Shown here piece after piece: positions 43,945-53,141 of a stretch of DNA of 64,000 nucleotides. A program made the position numbers and the translations under genes. How positions within the stretch are numbered: position 1 is the stretch's first letter; each line of letters opens with the position of its first letter. The stretch is from Giesbergeria sp. (lineage in GTDB: Bacteria > Pseudomonadota > Gammaproteobacteria > Burkholderiales > Burkholderiaceae_C): positions 21,041-85,040 of the forward strand of contig JAGNYI010000005.1 of the NCBI GenBank assembly GCA_017985015.1, written 5' to 3'. A model generated the notes under the pieces. That model saw nothing but the letters and a program-made list of their open reading frames with translations. It was not told where the DNA came from and did not search any database.

Positions 43945-44016
43945 CCGCGTTGGGCGGTGCTCGCAATCCTCACGTACAGCGAGTACGTTCCGGTTGCTGC
44001 GCTCCGTCCGCCTTGC
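43945..44016. repeat. long imperfect palindrome (REP-like or terminator) downstream of ahcY
   Basis: GCCGCGTTGGGCGGTGCTCGCAATCCTCACGTACagcGAGTACGTTCCGGTTGCTGCGCTCCGTCCGCC. Only one copy in the window. Confidence 0.35.
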
Positions 44017-44071
44017 ATCTCATCCCGCTCGCTACGCGCTGACAGGGCGGGAATAAAACCATCGGATTCCT

Positions 44072-44857
44072 ATGCGAATTGACCAACTTCTTGTCGAACG
44101 CGGCGTTGCCGCCTCGCGTGCGCAGGCTCAGCGCCTGTTGGCGGGCGGTGCGCAGTGGCGCGTGGGGCAGGGCGACTGGCGCCGCATTGCCAAAAATGGC
44201 GACGATGTGCCTCTGGAGGCCGAAGTGCAGCTCCAGGACGACGCCGAGGCACGCTACGTCTCGCGCGGCGGGCTCAAGTTGGCCGGGGCGCTGGCGGCCA
44301 CCGGCCTGGAAGTGTCGGGGTGCCTGTGCCTGGACGTGGGCCAGTCGACTGGCGGCTTTACCGATTGCCTCTTGCAGCACGGTGCTGCGCACGTCGTGGG
44401 CGTGGATGTGGGCCAGGGGCAGTTGCATCCGCGTCTGCGGGGCGATGCGCGTGTCACCTGCATCGAGCAGGTCAACGCGCGTGCGCTGGATGCTTCTGAT
44501 TTGATAGCTGCTTGCGCAGATGGAATAAGCGCTGAAGGCCAATTTGACCTTAAATTTTCGGTTATTGTGGGAGACCTCTCGTTCATCTCGCTGACCTTGG
44601 TGTTGCCCGCGCTGGTCCCGCTGCTTGCCGACAGTGGGGCGCTGCTGATGCTGGTCAAGCCGCAGTTCGAACTGCAGCCGGGCCAGGTGGGAAAGGGCGG
44701 GATCGTGCGCGACCCCGCGCTTTACGCATTCGTCGAACAGCGCATCCGGGCATGCTGCGCCGAGCAAGGCTTGGCGGTGCAGGCGTGGCTGGACAGCCCG
44801 ATTGCCGGCGGCGACGGAAACCATGAATTCTTCATTTTTGCCAGGAGGGCTGCGTGA
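44072..44857 (+). CDS. tlyA: TlyA-family rRNA 2'-O-methyltransferase (S4 domain plus FtsJ-like domain), with an in-frame F1 insertion
   Basis: MRIDQLLVERGVAASRAQAQRLL S4 motif. LDVGQSTGGFTDCLL SAM motif. DLSFISLTLVLPAL motif. Confidence 0.8.
   Translation: MRIDQLLVERGVAASRAQAQRLLAGGAQWRVGQGDWRRIAKNGDDVPLEAEVQLQDDAEARYVSRGGLKLAGALAATGLEVSGCLCLDVGQSTGGFTDCLLQHGAAHVVGVDVGQGQLHPRLRGDARVTCIEQVNARALDASDLIAACADGISAEGQFDLKFSVIVGDLSFISLTLVLPALVPLLADSGALLMLVKPQFELQPGQVGKGGIVRDPALYAFVEQRIRACCAEQGLAVQAWLDSPIAGGDGNHEFFIFARRAA
44489..44562 (+). repeat. F1 element copy H (forward, in-frame in tlyA)
   Basis: GATGCTTCTGATTTGATAGCTGCTTGCGCAGATGGAATAAGCGCTGAAGGCCAATTTGACCTTAAATTTTCG. Encodes DLIAACADGISAEGQFDLKFS. 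Confidence 0.9.
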
Positions 44858-45723
44858 ACGCTGCCGCAAACCTAAACGCCGCGCTTGCGGTGAGCTTTGA
44901 GTACTTTCCCCCCAAAACGCCCGAAGGCGCCGAGAAGCTGCGCGCGGTGCGGCGCCAGTTGCAGGCGCTGGCGCCCGAATTTTGCTCGGTAACCTACGGA
45001 GCTGGCGGCTCCACCCATCAGGGGACCTTTGATACGGTGCGCGAAATCCTGCAGGAAGGCGTGGCGGCGGCCTCGCATTTTTCCTGCATCGGCGCCACGC
45101 GAGAGTCGGTGCGCGAGCAGCTCGCCATGCTGAGCGCCATGGGCGTCAAGCGCCTGGTGGCTTTGCGCGGCGACCTGCCCAGCGGCTATGGCATGGGCGG
45201 CGAGTTTCAGTACGCGAGCGACCTGGTTTCCTTCATTCGCTCCGAAACCGGCGACGCGTTCCGGATTGAAGTGGCCGCCTACCCCGAGGTGCATCCCCAG
45301 GCCCGGTCGCCCGAGGCCGACCTGCGCGCCTACGTCGCCAAGGTGCAGGCCGGGGCGAGTTCCGCCATCACACAATATTTCTACAACGCCGACGCGTATT
45401 TCCGTTTCGTCGACGACGCCGCGCGGCAGGGCGCGCAGGTGCCGGTGGTGCCGGGCATCATGCCGATCGGCAGTTCCTCGCAGTTGCTGCGGTTCTCTGA
45501 TGCCTGTGGCGCCGAGGTGCCACGGTGGATTCGCCTGCGCCTGCAGTCCTACGGCGACGACGTGGCCAGCATCAAGGCCTTCGGCCTCGACGTGGTGACG
45601 CACTTGTGCGAACAACTGCGCGCTGGCGGTGCCCCTGCGCTGCACTTCTACACGATGAACCAGAGCACCGCGACGCTTGAGCTGTGCCGGCGCCTGGGGA
45701 GCGCCGCAGCGCTATCCGCCTGA
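44854..45723 (+). CDS. metF: methylenetetrahydrofolate reductase
   Basis: SFEYFPPKT, VTYGAGGST and RGD motifs. GTG start with an AGGAGG RBS. GTGA overlap with tlyA. Confidence 0.9.
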   Translation: MNAAANLNAALAVSFEYFPPKTPEGAEKLRAVRRQLQALAPEFCSVTYGAGGSTHQGTFDTVREILQEGVAAASHFSCIGATRESVREQLAMLSAMGVKRLVALRGDLPSGYGMGGEFQYASDLVSFIRSETGDAFRIEVAAYPEVHPQARSPEADLRAYVAKVQAGASSAITQYFYNADAYFRFVDDAARQGAQVPVVPGIMPIGSSSQLLRFSDACGAEVPRWIRLRLQSYGDDVASIKAFGLDVVTHLCEQLRAGGAPALHFYTMNQSTATLELCRRLGSAAALSA

Positions 45724-46605
45724 TTCGAGCGTGAACGTCGCGTGCCGGTCCTGGCCGAGGCGCTCGACCAGCTGCGGCAGCGCCAGCGCCAGCGCTGCCT
45801 TGAGCGTGTGCGGCGGGTTGATGAGAAACATGCCGCTGGCAGGCAGCCCCGGGCGCTTCTCCTCGCCGGTGGCACTGGTGGTGATCTTGCTGGACTTCAC
45901 CGTCAGCGTGGCGTGCAGCCAGCTCTTGCCCGCCTTTTGCGCCATCGTTTTCAGGCGGCGCGGCAGGTCGTGCGCCTCCGGGCGCGGAATGATTGGGTAC
46001 CAGACCGCGTAGGTTCCGGTGGGAAAGCGCTTGAGCCCCTCTGCCGCCAAGTCCAGCACCTTGCCGTAGTCGCTCTTTATTTCATAGCTGGGATCACAGA
46101 GCAGCAAAGCGCGGCGGGCCGGTGGAGGCAAAAATTTCCGCCAACCCTCGAAGCCGTCCTCGAGCAGCACGGCCACCTGCCGCCCCGCATCGAGCTGGGC
46201 CACATTGCCCGCGAGCGAACGCCCGTCGCTTGGGTGCAGCTCGAACAGTTTGAGCCGGTCGTGCGCACGCAGCAGGTGCTGGATGATGAAGGGCGAGCCT
46301 GGGTAGACCTTCAGCGCGGCGCCCTTGTTGAAGGAGCGCACCAGGTCCAGGTAGGTCTGCAGAGCGGGCGCCAGTGGCGGCGCATCGGGGGCCGAGGCCG
46401 CCAGTTGCAGCAGGCCATGGCCCGATTCGCCGCTGGTGCGTGCATAGTCGCCGTCCAGCCGGTACAGGCCGGCGCCGGCATGGGTGTCGACCACCGTGAG
46501 CGCGGCTTCTTTCTCGGTGAGGTATTGCACGGTGGCAATCAACACCGTGTGCTTGAGGACATCGGCGTGGTTGCCTGCATGGAAGGCGTGGCGGTAACTG
46601 AACAT
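45712..46605 (-). CDS. rlmJ: 23S rRNA (adenine2030-N6)-methyltransferase
   Basis: MFSYRHAFHAGNHADVLKH N-terminus and DPSYE motif. Confidence 0.85.
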   Translation of the reverse strand: MFSYRHAFHAGNHADVLKHTVLIATVQYLTEKEAALTVVDTHAGAGLYRLDGDYARTSGESGHGLLQLAASAPDAPPLAPALQTYLDLVRSFNKGAALKVYPGSPFIIQHLLRAHDRLKLFELHPSDGRSLAGNVAQLDAGRQVAVLLEDGFEGWRKFLPPPARRALLLCDPSYEIKSDYGKVLDLAAEGLKRFPTGTYAVWYPIIPRPEAHDLPRRLKTMAQKAGKSWLHATLTVKSSKITTSATGEEKRPGLPASGMFLINPPHTLKAALALALPQLVERLGQDRHATFTLESGG

Positions 46606-46828
46606 GCACCAATGGTAACCATGCGCGGCGCGTCCGCACTTGAGTTCGCCACAGATGGCATGTTTGTTGCTGTATCAGAAAGAAAACCACCGGGCGGCTA
46701 TTCTGCGGCGCACATACTGTGCGATTTTTGTCCGCTGGGGCCATTTTTGCGCCCCCTCGGCTGTCAAAACCTATGATGATGCAAAGCGGTGCCCATGCCG
46801 CTGCGCCGCACGAGACCGCCCTTTACGC

Positions 46829-48709
46829 ATGACCGAAAGTTCTGTATCTGAGCCCCGAACGCAAGTGCGCCATCTGGACGCACTGCCGGTAGGAACACGC
46901 CTGGCCGAATTTGAAATCCTCTCCCTGCTCGGTGTGGGGGGCTTTGGCATGGTCTACAAGGCCTTCGATCATTCACTGCATCGGGCCGTCGCGATCAAGG
47001 AATACCTGCCCGCAAGCTTGGTCGCACGCGCCAGCGATGGATCACTTTGGGCGCGTTCTTCAACCGACGAACCGGCGTTTCAGGCCGGCCTGCATTCGTT
47101 TGTCGATGAGGCGCGCATGCTGGCGCAGTTTGACCATCCCTCCCTGGTCAAGGTGTTTCGCTTCTGGGAATCGCACAACACGGCCTACATGGTCATGCCG
47201 CTGTACCGCGGCATGACCTTCAAGCAGGCGCGTGCCCAGATGCGCGCGCCGCCCCCCGAAGCCTGGTTGCGCCAGGTGCTGTGGTCGGTGCTGGGCGCTT
47301 TGCGCGTGCTGCACGACGCCAACACCCTGCACCGAGACATCTCGCCCGACAATATTTTTCTGCAGGATATCGGCCCGCCGGTGCTGCTCGACCTGGGCGC
47401 GTCGCGCCATGCGATCAATGACCGCGATCGCAAGCACACCGCCGTGCTCAAGGTGAACTATGCGCCCATAGAGCAGTACTCGGAGGCGGAAGGTGACGGC
47501 TCGGTGGAACTCGAACAGGGCCCCTGGAGCGACCTGTATTCGCTGGGCGCCGTCGTCCATGGTTGCTTGTGCAACGATGCGCCGCTGCCGGCGACACTGC
47601 GGTCGTTGCGTGACCGAATGGTGCCGTTTTCGCGCGTGGCCAAAACGGTGCGAAAGCAGTTTGGCCAAGACTATTCGGCGCCATTTGTCGAAGCGATTTC
47701 CCAGGCGCTCAAGCTCAAGCCCGAGGAGCGTCCGCAAGATATTGACGCCTTTCTTGCCACCATGGAGATGACCAGTCCACCCCCTGGTGTGGAGCATTTC
47801 GATTTCCGCGCCGAGTTGGGCGATATCTGGGTAGAGCCGACGGACCAGCCGGATGCCACTCTCACGGCTACCACGGTGGACCTCACGGGCGAGCGGCCTG
47901 CGCCCTTACCGATCGGGTTGGCGGGCAGCAAAACGGGCGCCAGCGCGCCCGCGGCCAGCGTGGCCTCTGTGTCGGTGCCCAAGGCCATGCCCCCGCCGAG
48001 CGGCCCCGAGTCCGAGATGCAGGACACGGTATTTCTTGAGCGCGACAGCGTGCTCGCTGAGATGGAGCCCCCGCGCCGCCCGTCGGCACCCTTGCGGGTC
48101 GAACCGGTGGCGCTTGAGTCCGAATGGTCCAAGAGCCGCACGGTAGCGCCCGCGCACAGGCCGCGCTGGCTGTGGATGGGTGTGGCTGCTTCCGCCATCG
48201 TCCTGGGCGCTGCGGCCATGGCTCTGCGTTACAAGGCTGCGCCGTCCATGGTGCCCGCAGCCGCGCCCGATGCCATCATCACGGAACTCAAGTCCGCGCC
48301 GGATGCGTCCGTAGAAAGCGCCCCTCTGGCCAGCGCTGAACCGTCTCAGGCCCCGGCGGTGGCCAGCGACGCGGTGATCGACGCAGGCCCGCCGCCTGCG
48401 TTTGTTCCATCCACCGATCCACGGGCGGCGCCCAAGCCCACAAGGGCGGTGCGGCCGAAAGAGCCGCCTTCGGCCGACATACCTGTTCTCCCTCCGACGC
48501 CGGTGGTGGCGGCTCCGCCGCCAGCGCCCGTCCCGGCGCCCGTGCAGCGAAAGGCGCCGCCACCGCCACTTTGCGCCGGCACCAATGCGTTCACCCGCAG
48601 CATGTGCCTGCGCGATGAGTGCAGCAACCCCGGCAATGCCGGCAAGTCCGACTGCGTTGAATTTCGCCGTGCGATGGAGCCCCTGGAGCGCAACAATTTT
48701 GCCAACTGA
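46829..48709 (+). CDS. Ser/Thr protein kinase with Pro/Ala-rich linker, one TM helix and a C-terminal Cys-rich tail
   Basis: GVGGFGMVYKA, AIKEY, HRDISPDN, DLGASR and APIEQ kinase subdomains. ATG at 46829. Confidence 0.8.
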   Translation: MTESSVSEPRTQVRHLDALPVGTRLAEFEILSLLGVGGFGMVYKAFDHSLHRAVAIKEYLPASLVARASDGSLWARSSTDEPAFQAGLHSFVDEARMLAQFDHPSLVKVFRFWESHNTAYMVMPLYRGMTFKQARAQMRAPPPEAWLRQVLWSVLGALRVLHDANTLHRDISPDNIFLQDIGPPVLLDLGASRHAINDRDRKHTAVLKVNYAPIEQYSEAEGDGSVELEQGPWSDLYSLGAVVHGCLCNDAPLPATLRSLRDRMVPFSRVAKTVRKQFGQDYSAPFVEAISQALKLKPEERPQDIDAFLATMEMTSPPPGVEHFDFRAELGDIWVEPTDQPDATLTATTVDLTGERPAPLPIGLAGSKTGASAPAASVASVSVPKAMPPPSGPESEMQDTVFLERDSVLAEMEPPRRPSAPLRVEPVALESEWSKSRTVAPAHRPRWLWMGVAASAIVLGAAAMALRYKAAPSMVPAAAPDAIITELKSAPDASVESAPLASAEPSQAPAVASDAVIDAGPPPAFVPSTDPRAAPKPTRAVRPKEPPSADIPVLPPTPVVAAPPPAPVPAPVQRKAPPPPLCAGTNAFTRSMCLRDECSNPGNAGKSDCVEFRRAMEPLERNNFAN

Positions 48710-48940
48710 GTCCCCGCGGACGGACGCCTGAACCGCTTGAGCCATGCGACGGCGGTACCCGTGAGCGGGTATTCATCAACGGGACCAACCTGGCCGGCTT
48801 GGACCTCGGAAGGGGCGCGTTTCTTCCTCAAAGGTAAAAGGCGAACGGGCATCACGCGATCAACCAGACATCATGGTGGATGCTCCGGCCCACGCACGCA
48901 TTGCCTTGATCCACGCGTTGGCGCGTGGATCAGAACGGCG

Positions 48941-48970
48941 TTTCCAAAAACCCCGCAAGCTTTGTATAAT
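48941..48970 (+). promoter_or_regulatory. candidate sigma70 promoter of rplM-rpsI (extended -10)
   Basis: TTTCCA-N18-TGTATAAT. About 175 nt leader before the rplM ATG. Confidence 0.35.
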
Positions 48971-49144
48971 GGCAGGCTTCGCAGCGCTTGCGTGCTCCGC
49001 GGCGAAGTGTGGTGTTGGCGTGCGCGCCCATGCTGCAAGTACCACCTAAGAGGTTTCCGCTTTAGAGAAACGCCGACCGTGGAAAAGAGCCCAAAGGACG
49101 CCGGCCCCTGTTGTAGGCCGGTCAAACCCTCGAAAGAGAAACTC

Positions 49145-49573
49145 ATGAAAACCTTCAGCGCCAAACCCGCTGATGTGACGCACGAGTGGTTTGTGATTGA
49201 CGCCACCGATAAGGTGCTCGGCCGGGTAGCCAGCGAAGTTGCCCACCGCCTGCGCGGCAAACACAAAGCCATTTATACGCCTCACATCGATACCGGTGAC
49301 TTCATCGTCATCATCAATGCAGCGCAACTCAGGGTCACCGGCGCCAAGTCGACCGACAAGATCTATTACCGCCACTCGGGTTACCCCGGCGGTATCACGG
49401 CGACGAACTTCCGCGACATGCAATCCAAGCACCCCGGCCGCGCGCTGGAAAAGGCTGTCAAGGGCATGCTGCCCAAGGGCCCGCTTGGCTACGCCATGAT
49501 CAAGAAACTCAAGGTGTACGGTGGTGCTGAGCATCCCCACACCGCCCAACAGCCCAAAGTGCTGGAACTGTAA
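49145..49573 (+). CDS. rplM: 50S ribosomal protein L13
   Basis: [20 protein letters not shown]...[10 protein letters not shown]. The ORF track entry 48737..49573 carries a spurious 5' extension. Confidence 0.95.
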   Translation: MKTFSAKPADVTHEWFVIDATDKVLGRVASEVAHRLRGKHKAIYTPHIDTGDFIVIINAAQLRVTGAKSTDKIYYRHSGYPGGITATNFRDMQSKHPGRALEKAVKGMLPKGPLGYAMIKKLKVYGGAEHPHTAQQPKVLEL

Positions 49574-49584
49574 GGAGCCTTGAG

Positions 49585-49977
49585 ATGATTGGTGAATGGA
49601 ACAATGGCACCGGCCGTCGCAAATCCAGCGTCGCCCGCGTGTTTCTGAAAAAAGGCAGCGGCAAGATCACGATCAACGGCAAGGACATCCAGTCCTACTT
49701 CGGCCGTGAAACTTCGATCATGATCGCCAAGCAGCCACTCTTGCTGACCAACCACGCTGAAACGTTTGACATCATGATCAACGTGCACGGCGGCGGTGAG
49801 TCTGGCCAGGCTGGCGCAGCACGTCACGGCATCACCCGCGCCCTGATCGACTATGACGATACCCTCAAGCCGGCGCTGAGCCAGGCCGGTTTCGTCACGC
49901 GCGATGCGCGCGAAGTCGAACGCAAGAAGGTCGGTCTGCGTTCTGCACGCCGCGCCAAGCAGTTCTCGAAGCGCTGA
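49585..49977 (+). CDS. rpsI: 30S ribosomal protein S9
   Basis: [14 protein letters not shown]...[10 protein letters not shown]. Confidence 0.95.
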   Translation: MIGEWNNGTGRRKSSVARVFLKKGSGKITINGKDIQSYFGRETSIMIAKQPLLLTNHAETFDIMINVHGGGESGQAGAARHGITRALIDYDDTLKPALSQAGFVTRDAREVERKKVGLRSARRAKQFSKR

Positions 49978-50003
49978 TCCGCACTTCCTGTTCTGCAGAC
50001 ACC

Positions 50004-50036
50004 AGCCGCACCGGTTCGCCGGGTGCGGCTTTTTTG
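50004..50036 (+). terminator. rho-independent terminator of rplM-rpsI
   Basis: AGCCGCACCGGttcgCCGGGTGCGGCT followed by TTTTTGTTT. Confidence 0.75.
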
Positions 50037-50112
50037 TTTGCAGGTGGTGGCTTGTGGTCCACAATCGCCCCTTTTGCGTGTGGGCAGCGCCTTGCGCCGC
50101 CCGAGGAGAAGA

Positions 50113-50838
50113 ATGCGTTTTCGATTGCTGCGTCGCCGCCTCACCATCAGCGCTCCGCGCATGGCGGTGCGCAGTGCGCTGCCCTGGCCCCTGCGCTGGC
50201 TGGTCTTTGCGGTGGTTCTCGGTCTGTGTGCGGCCGTGGCACTCTGGGCGTTCGAATTCGGGCGTTCGCTGGCGGGCCTGGACGCGGGTGGCCGCGAAGA
50301 GCTGGTGCAGCTGCGCAGCGAACTGGTGCGCCTGCGCACCGATGCACAGCAGAACCAGACCATTGCCAATACTTCGGGCAGCCTGCTGCTGGCCGAACGC
50401 TCGGCACTGGATCAACTCAAGCTGCAGCTCAGGCAACTGGAAGGCGAAAATCGGTCCTTGCGGGAAGACCTGGGATTTTTTGAAAAACTCATTCCCAGCA
50501 GCAGTTCGGACGGCGATCTGGCCATTCGGGGTCTGCAAGCCGAGCAGCAGGCCGATGCCACGCTGCGCTGGCAGGTGCTCGTCATGCGGCCGGTGAAGAA
50601 CGCGGCGGAGTTTTCCGGGCAGCTGGAGCTGGTGGCCTCGGGGATGCGGGAAGGCAAGCCTTGGAGTCAGCGCTTTCCAGGCGATGCGCAAGCCTTCAAA
50701 CTTCGCCAGTACCAACGGCTCGAAGGCATTGCCCGGCTGCCGCCCCATGTGCTGGTCAAAACCCTCACCGCCAGAATTCTGCACGAGGGGCGGGTTCGCG
50801 CTACGCAAACCACAGACGTCGGTTCGCAGAACCATTGA
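50113..50838 (+). CDS. hypothetical membrane-anchored coiled-coil protein
   Basis: MRFRLLRRRLTISAPR then a TM helix and heptad-like LVQLRSELVRLR...LKLQLRQLEGENRSLRED. Confidence 0.5.
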   Translation: MRFRLLRRRLTISAPRMAVRSALPWPLRWLVFAVVLGLCAAVALWAFEFGRSLAGLDAGGREELVQLRSELVRLRTDAQQNQTIANTSGSLLLAERSALDQLKLQLRQLEGENRSLREDLGFFEKLIPSSSSDGDLAIRGLQAEQQADATLRWQVLVMRPVKNAAEFSGQLELVASGMREGKPWSQRFPGDAQAFKLRQYQRLEGIARLPPHVLVKTLTARILHEGRVRATQTTDVGSQNH

Positions 50839-50880
50839 CTCCCTTTTTGATCTCCCATTCCCAGCTATAGGAGCGCCATC

Positions 50881-51279
50881 ATGTTTTCACGCAACAAGCA
50901 ACCCGCCATTAAAAGCCTGATCGCGCAAGGCACCCGCATCGAAGGCGACGTGCATTTTGTCGATGGCCTGCGCATCGACGGGGAAGTGCGTGGCGATGTG
51001 CGTGCGCAGGGAGGGCAATCGGGGCTGCTCGTGATATCGGCGCTGGCCCGGGTGGACGGCGCAGTACATGCTGCGCATGTCATCGTGAACGGCGAGGTGG
51101 TCGGGCCCGTGCACGCCACGGAACTGCTTGAATTGCAGCCCAAGGCACGCATTACAGGCGACGTGCATTACAAGGCCCTGGAAATGCACCAGGGCGCCAC
51201 CATTTGTGGAACCATGACACCTACGGACGCGGTGCTGGAGGAAAAGCCCCCACTCAAGCTAGCGTCAAGTGCGCAGTGA
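50881..51279 (+). CDS. bactofilin family cytoskeletal protein
   Basis: Beta-helical repeats IAQGTRIEGDVHFVDGLRIDGEVRGDV...ITGDVHYKALEMHQGA. Confidence 0.8.
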   Translation: MFSRNKQPAIKSLIAQGTRIEGDVHFVDGLRIDGEVRGDVRAQGGQSGLLVISALARVDGAVHAAHVIVNGEVVGPVHATELLELQPKARITGDVHYKALEMHQGATICGTMTPTDAVLEEKPPLKLASSAQ

Positions 51280-51339
51280 AAAGAATTCCCACGAAGACTG
51301 CAGTAGTATTTCCCTCAAATATGCGATTTGGAGTTAGCC

Positions 51340-51702
51340 ATGAATGCCGTTGCTGAGACTTTGCCGACCGAAATGCCCGACCCGATCATCTTCACTGAGA
51401 GTGCGGCGGCCAAGGTGGCCGATCTCATTGCCGAAGAAGGCAATCCAGAGCTGAAACTGCGCGTTTTTGTGCAGGGCGGGGGCTGCTCGGGGTTCCAGTA
51501 TGGCTTTACGTTTGACGAAATCACCAACGAAGACGATACCGTGATGACCAAGAACGGTGTCTCGCTGCTGATCGATGCCATGAGCTACCAGTATCTGGTA
51601 GGCGCAGAGATCGACTACAAAGAAGATCTGCAGGGCGCGCAGTTTGTCATCAAGAATCCGGGTGCGACGTCCACCTGCGGCTGCGGTTCCAGTTTTTCCT
51701 GA
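51340..51702 (+). CDS. erpA: iron-sulfur cluster insertion protein ErpA
   Basis: [20 protein letters not shown] and C-terminal CGCGSSF. Confidence 0.9.
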   Translation: MNAVAETLPTEMPDPIIFTESAAAKVADLIAEEGNPELKLRVFVQGGGCSGFQYGFTFDEITNEDDTVMTKNGVSLLIDAMSYQYLVGAEIDYKEDLQGAQFVIKNPGATSTCGCGSSFS

Positions 51703-51711
51703 AACGAACCA

Positions 51712-51802
51712 GGAACCTCCTGTGGTGCTTCGCGCCTTCCCCCTTCTCTGGCATCGCTGCGCGATGCGGAAGCGGGACGCCGCCAGCGCGGCGGGGCGGC
51801 CG
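51712..51802. repeat. F2 element copy (forward)
   Basis: GTGCTTCGCGCCTTCCCCCTTCTCTG-GCATCGCtgcGCGATGC-GGAAGCGGGACGCCGCCAGCGCGGCGGGGCGGCC. Confidence 0.75.
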
Positions 51803-51856
51803 CTGGTCTGGGCGGCAGGTGCCGCGCACGCCGTATAGATAGCGAAGATTCAGGTT

Positions 51857-52993
51857 TCAAGCGGGGTAAATCGCCCCGAGCACACGGGCGCCACGGGCGC
51901 CCGTTGCATTGGGCAGGTTGCCTGGGAGACCGGCGAGCGCTTGGCGGGCCAGCCAGGCGAAAGCCGCCGCCTCGACCTGCTGCGCCGGCAGACCCAGGGC
52001 ATCGGTGGAGGTGACTTCCACGGCAGGCAGCAACACCTGCAGTCGGCGCATGAGCGTGGCGTTGCGCGCGCCGCCCCCACACACGGCCAGCCGTTGGCTC
52101 CCGCCGCCGTAGCTTTTGACGCACTCGGCACAGGCCTGCGCGGTCAATTCGGTCAGGGTCGCCTGCACGTCCTGCGGTAGTGCGCCGGGAGCGCAGGCCA
52201 GTTTTTCTTCCAGCCATCGGGCATGGAACAGATCCCGCCCGGTGCTTTTGGGCGGCGGCAGTGCAAAGAACGCCTCGGCGTAGAGCGCGTGCAGCAGCGG
52301 CTGCAGCACCTGGCCCGTGGCTGCCCAGGCGCCGTCCTTGTCGAACGTTTTGCCGGTATGGCGCTGGCACCAAAGGTCCATCAGCACGTTGCCAGGACCG
52401 CAATCAAAACCCAGTACCGTACCGTCTGCGCCGAGCACGCTCAGGTTGGTCATGCCGCCGATATTGAGCACGCAGGAGGGCTGCCCCGGCTGCGCAAACA
52501 CCTGCTGGTGAAAAGCCGGCACCAGCGGCGCTCCCTGGCCGCCAGCAGCGACATCGCGGCTGCGGAAATCGGCCACCACGGTGATGCCGGTGCGTTCGGC
52601 CAGCAGCGCCGGGCTGTTCAGCTGCAAGGTGTAGCCGGTGCCATCAAAGGCTTGGGGCTGGTGGCGGACGGTCTGGCCATGGGCGCCAATGGCACGTACC
52701 GCCGACGCGCTCAAGCTGCCTTGCGCCAACAGGGCGTGGACGACCTCGGCATACACGCCTGCCAGGGCATTGCCTGCCAGCGCGGCGCGGTGCAGTTCGT
52801 TGGTACCCGGGGTATTCAGTGCCAGCAATTCCGCTCTTAATTCAGGAGCTAGTGATGCAGACTGGTAGTGCGCTACCTTGCATTTTGACTCGGAAAAATC
52901 GGCCAACACGCCATCCACTCCGTCGAGCGAGGTGCCCGACATGAGGCCGATATAGAACTCTGGGGGAGAGGATGAGGCAGAGGATGGGGTCAC
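51857..52993 (-). CDS. anmK: anhydro-N-acetylmuramic acid kinase
   Basis: YIGLMSGTSLDGVDGVL N-terminal motif. Start uncertain: GTG at 52993 preferred, because the ATG at 53095 lies inside an F2 repeat. Confidence 0.8.
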   Translation of the reverse strand: MTPSSASSSPPEFYIGLMSGTSLDGVDGVLADFSESKCKVAHYQSASLAPELRAELLALNTPGTNELHRAALAGNALAGVYAEVVHALLAQGSLSASAVRAIGAHGQTVRHQPQAFDGTGYTLQLNSPALLAERTGITVVADFRSRDVAAGGQGAPLVPAFHQQVFAQPGQPSCVLNIGGMTNLSVLGADGTVLGFDCGPGNVLMDLWCQRHTGKTFDKDGAWAATGQVLQPLLHALYAEAFFALPPPKSTGRDLFHARWLEEKLACAPGALPQDVQATLTELTAQACAECVKSYGGGSQRLAVCGGGARNATLMRRLQVLLPAVEVTSTDALGLPAQQVEAAAFAWLARQALAGLPGNLPNATGARGARVLGAIYPA

Positions 52994-53039
52994 GCCGGCC
53001 CGCCGTCTCGCGGGGCGAGCGGCGTATACCAGGGCTCCC

Positions 53040-53136
53040 GCGCAAGGGCCGCCCCGCCGCGCTGGGAGCGTCCCCCTTCCCGAATTGCGTAGCAATTCGA
53101 GAGAAGGGGGAAGGCGCGAAGCGCCTCAGGGGGTTG
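53040..53136. repeat. F2 element copy (inverted relative to 51712)
   Basis: GGCCGCCCCGCCGCGCTGGGAGCGTCCCCCTTCC-CGAATTGCgtaGCAATTCG-AGAGAAGGGGGAAGGCGCGAAGCGCCTCAGGGGGTTG. Confidence 0.8.
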
Positions 53137-53141
53137 CATCC

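Noticed and set aside
51712-53136. Composite transposon formed by inverted F2 copies around anmK
   Set aside because: There is no transposase. anmK is a core gene in the conserved erpA-anmK-M23-tyrS neighbourhood. F2 copies simply occupy the two flanking intergenic gaps.
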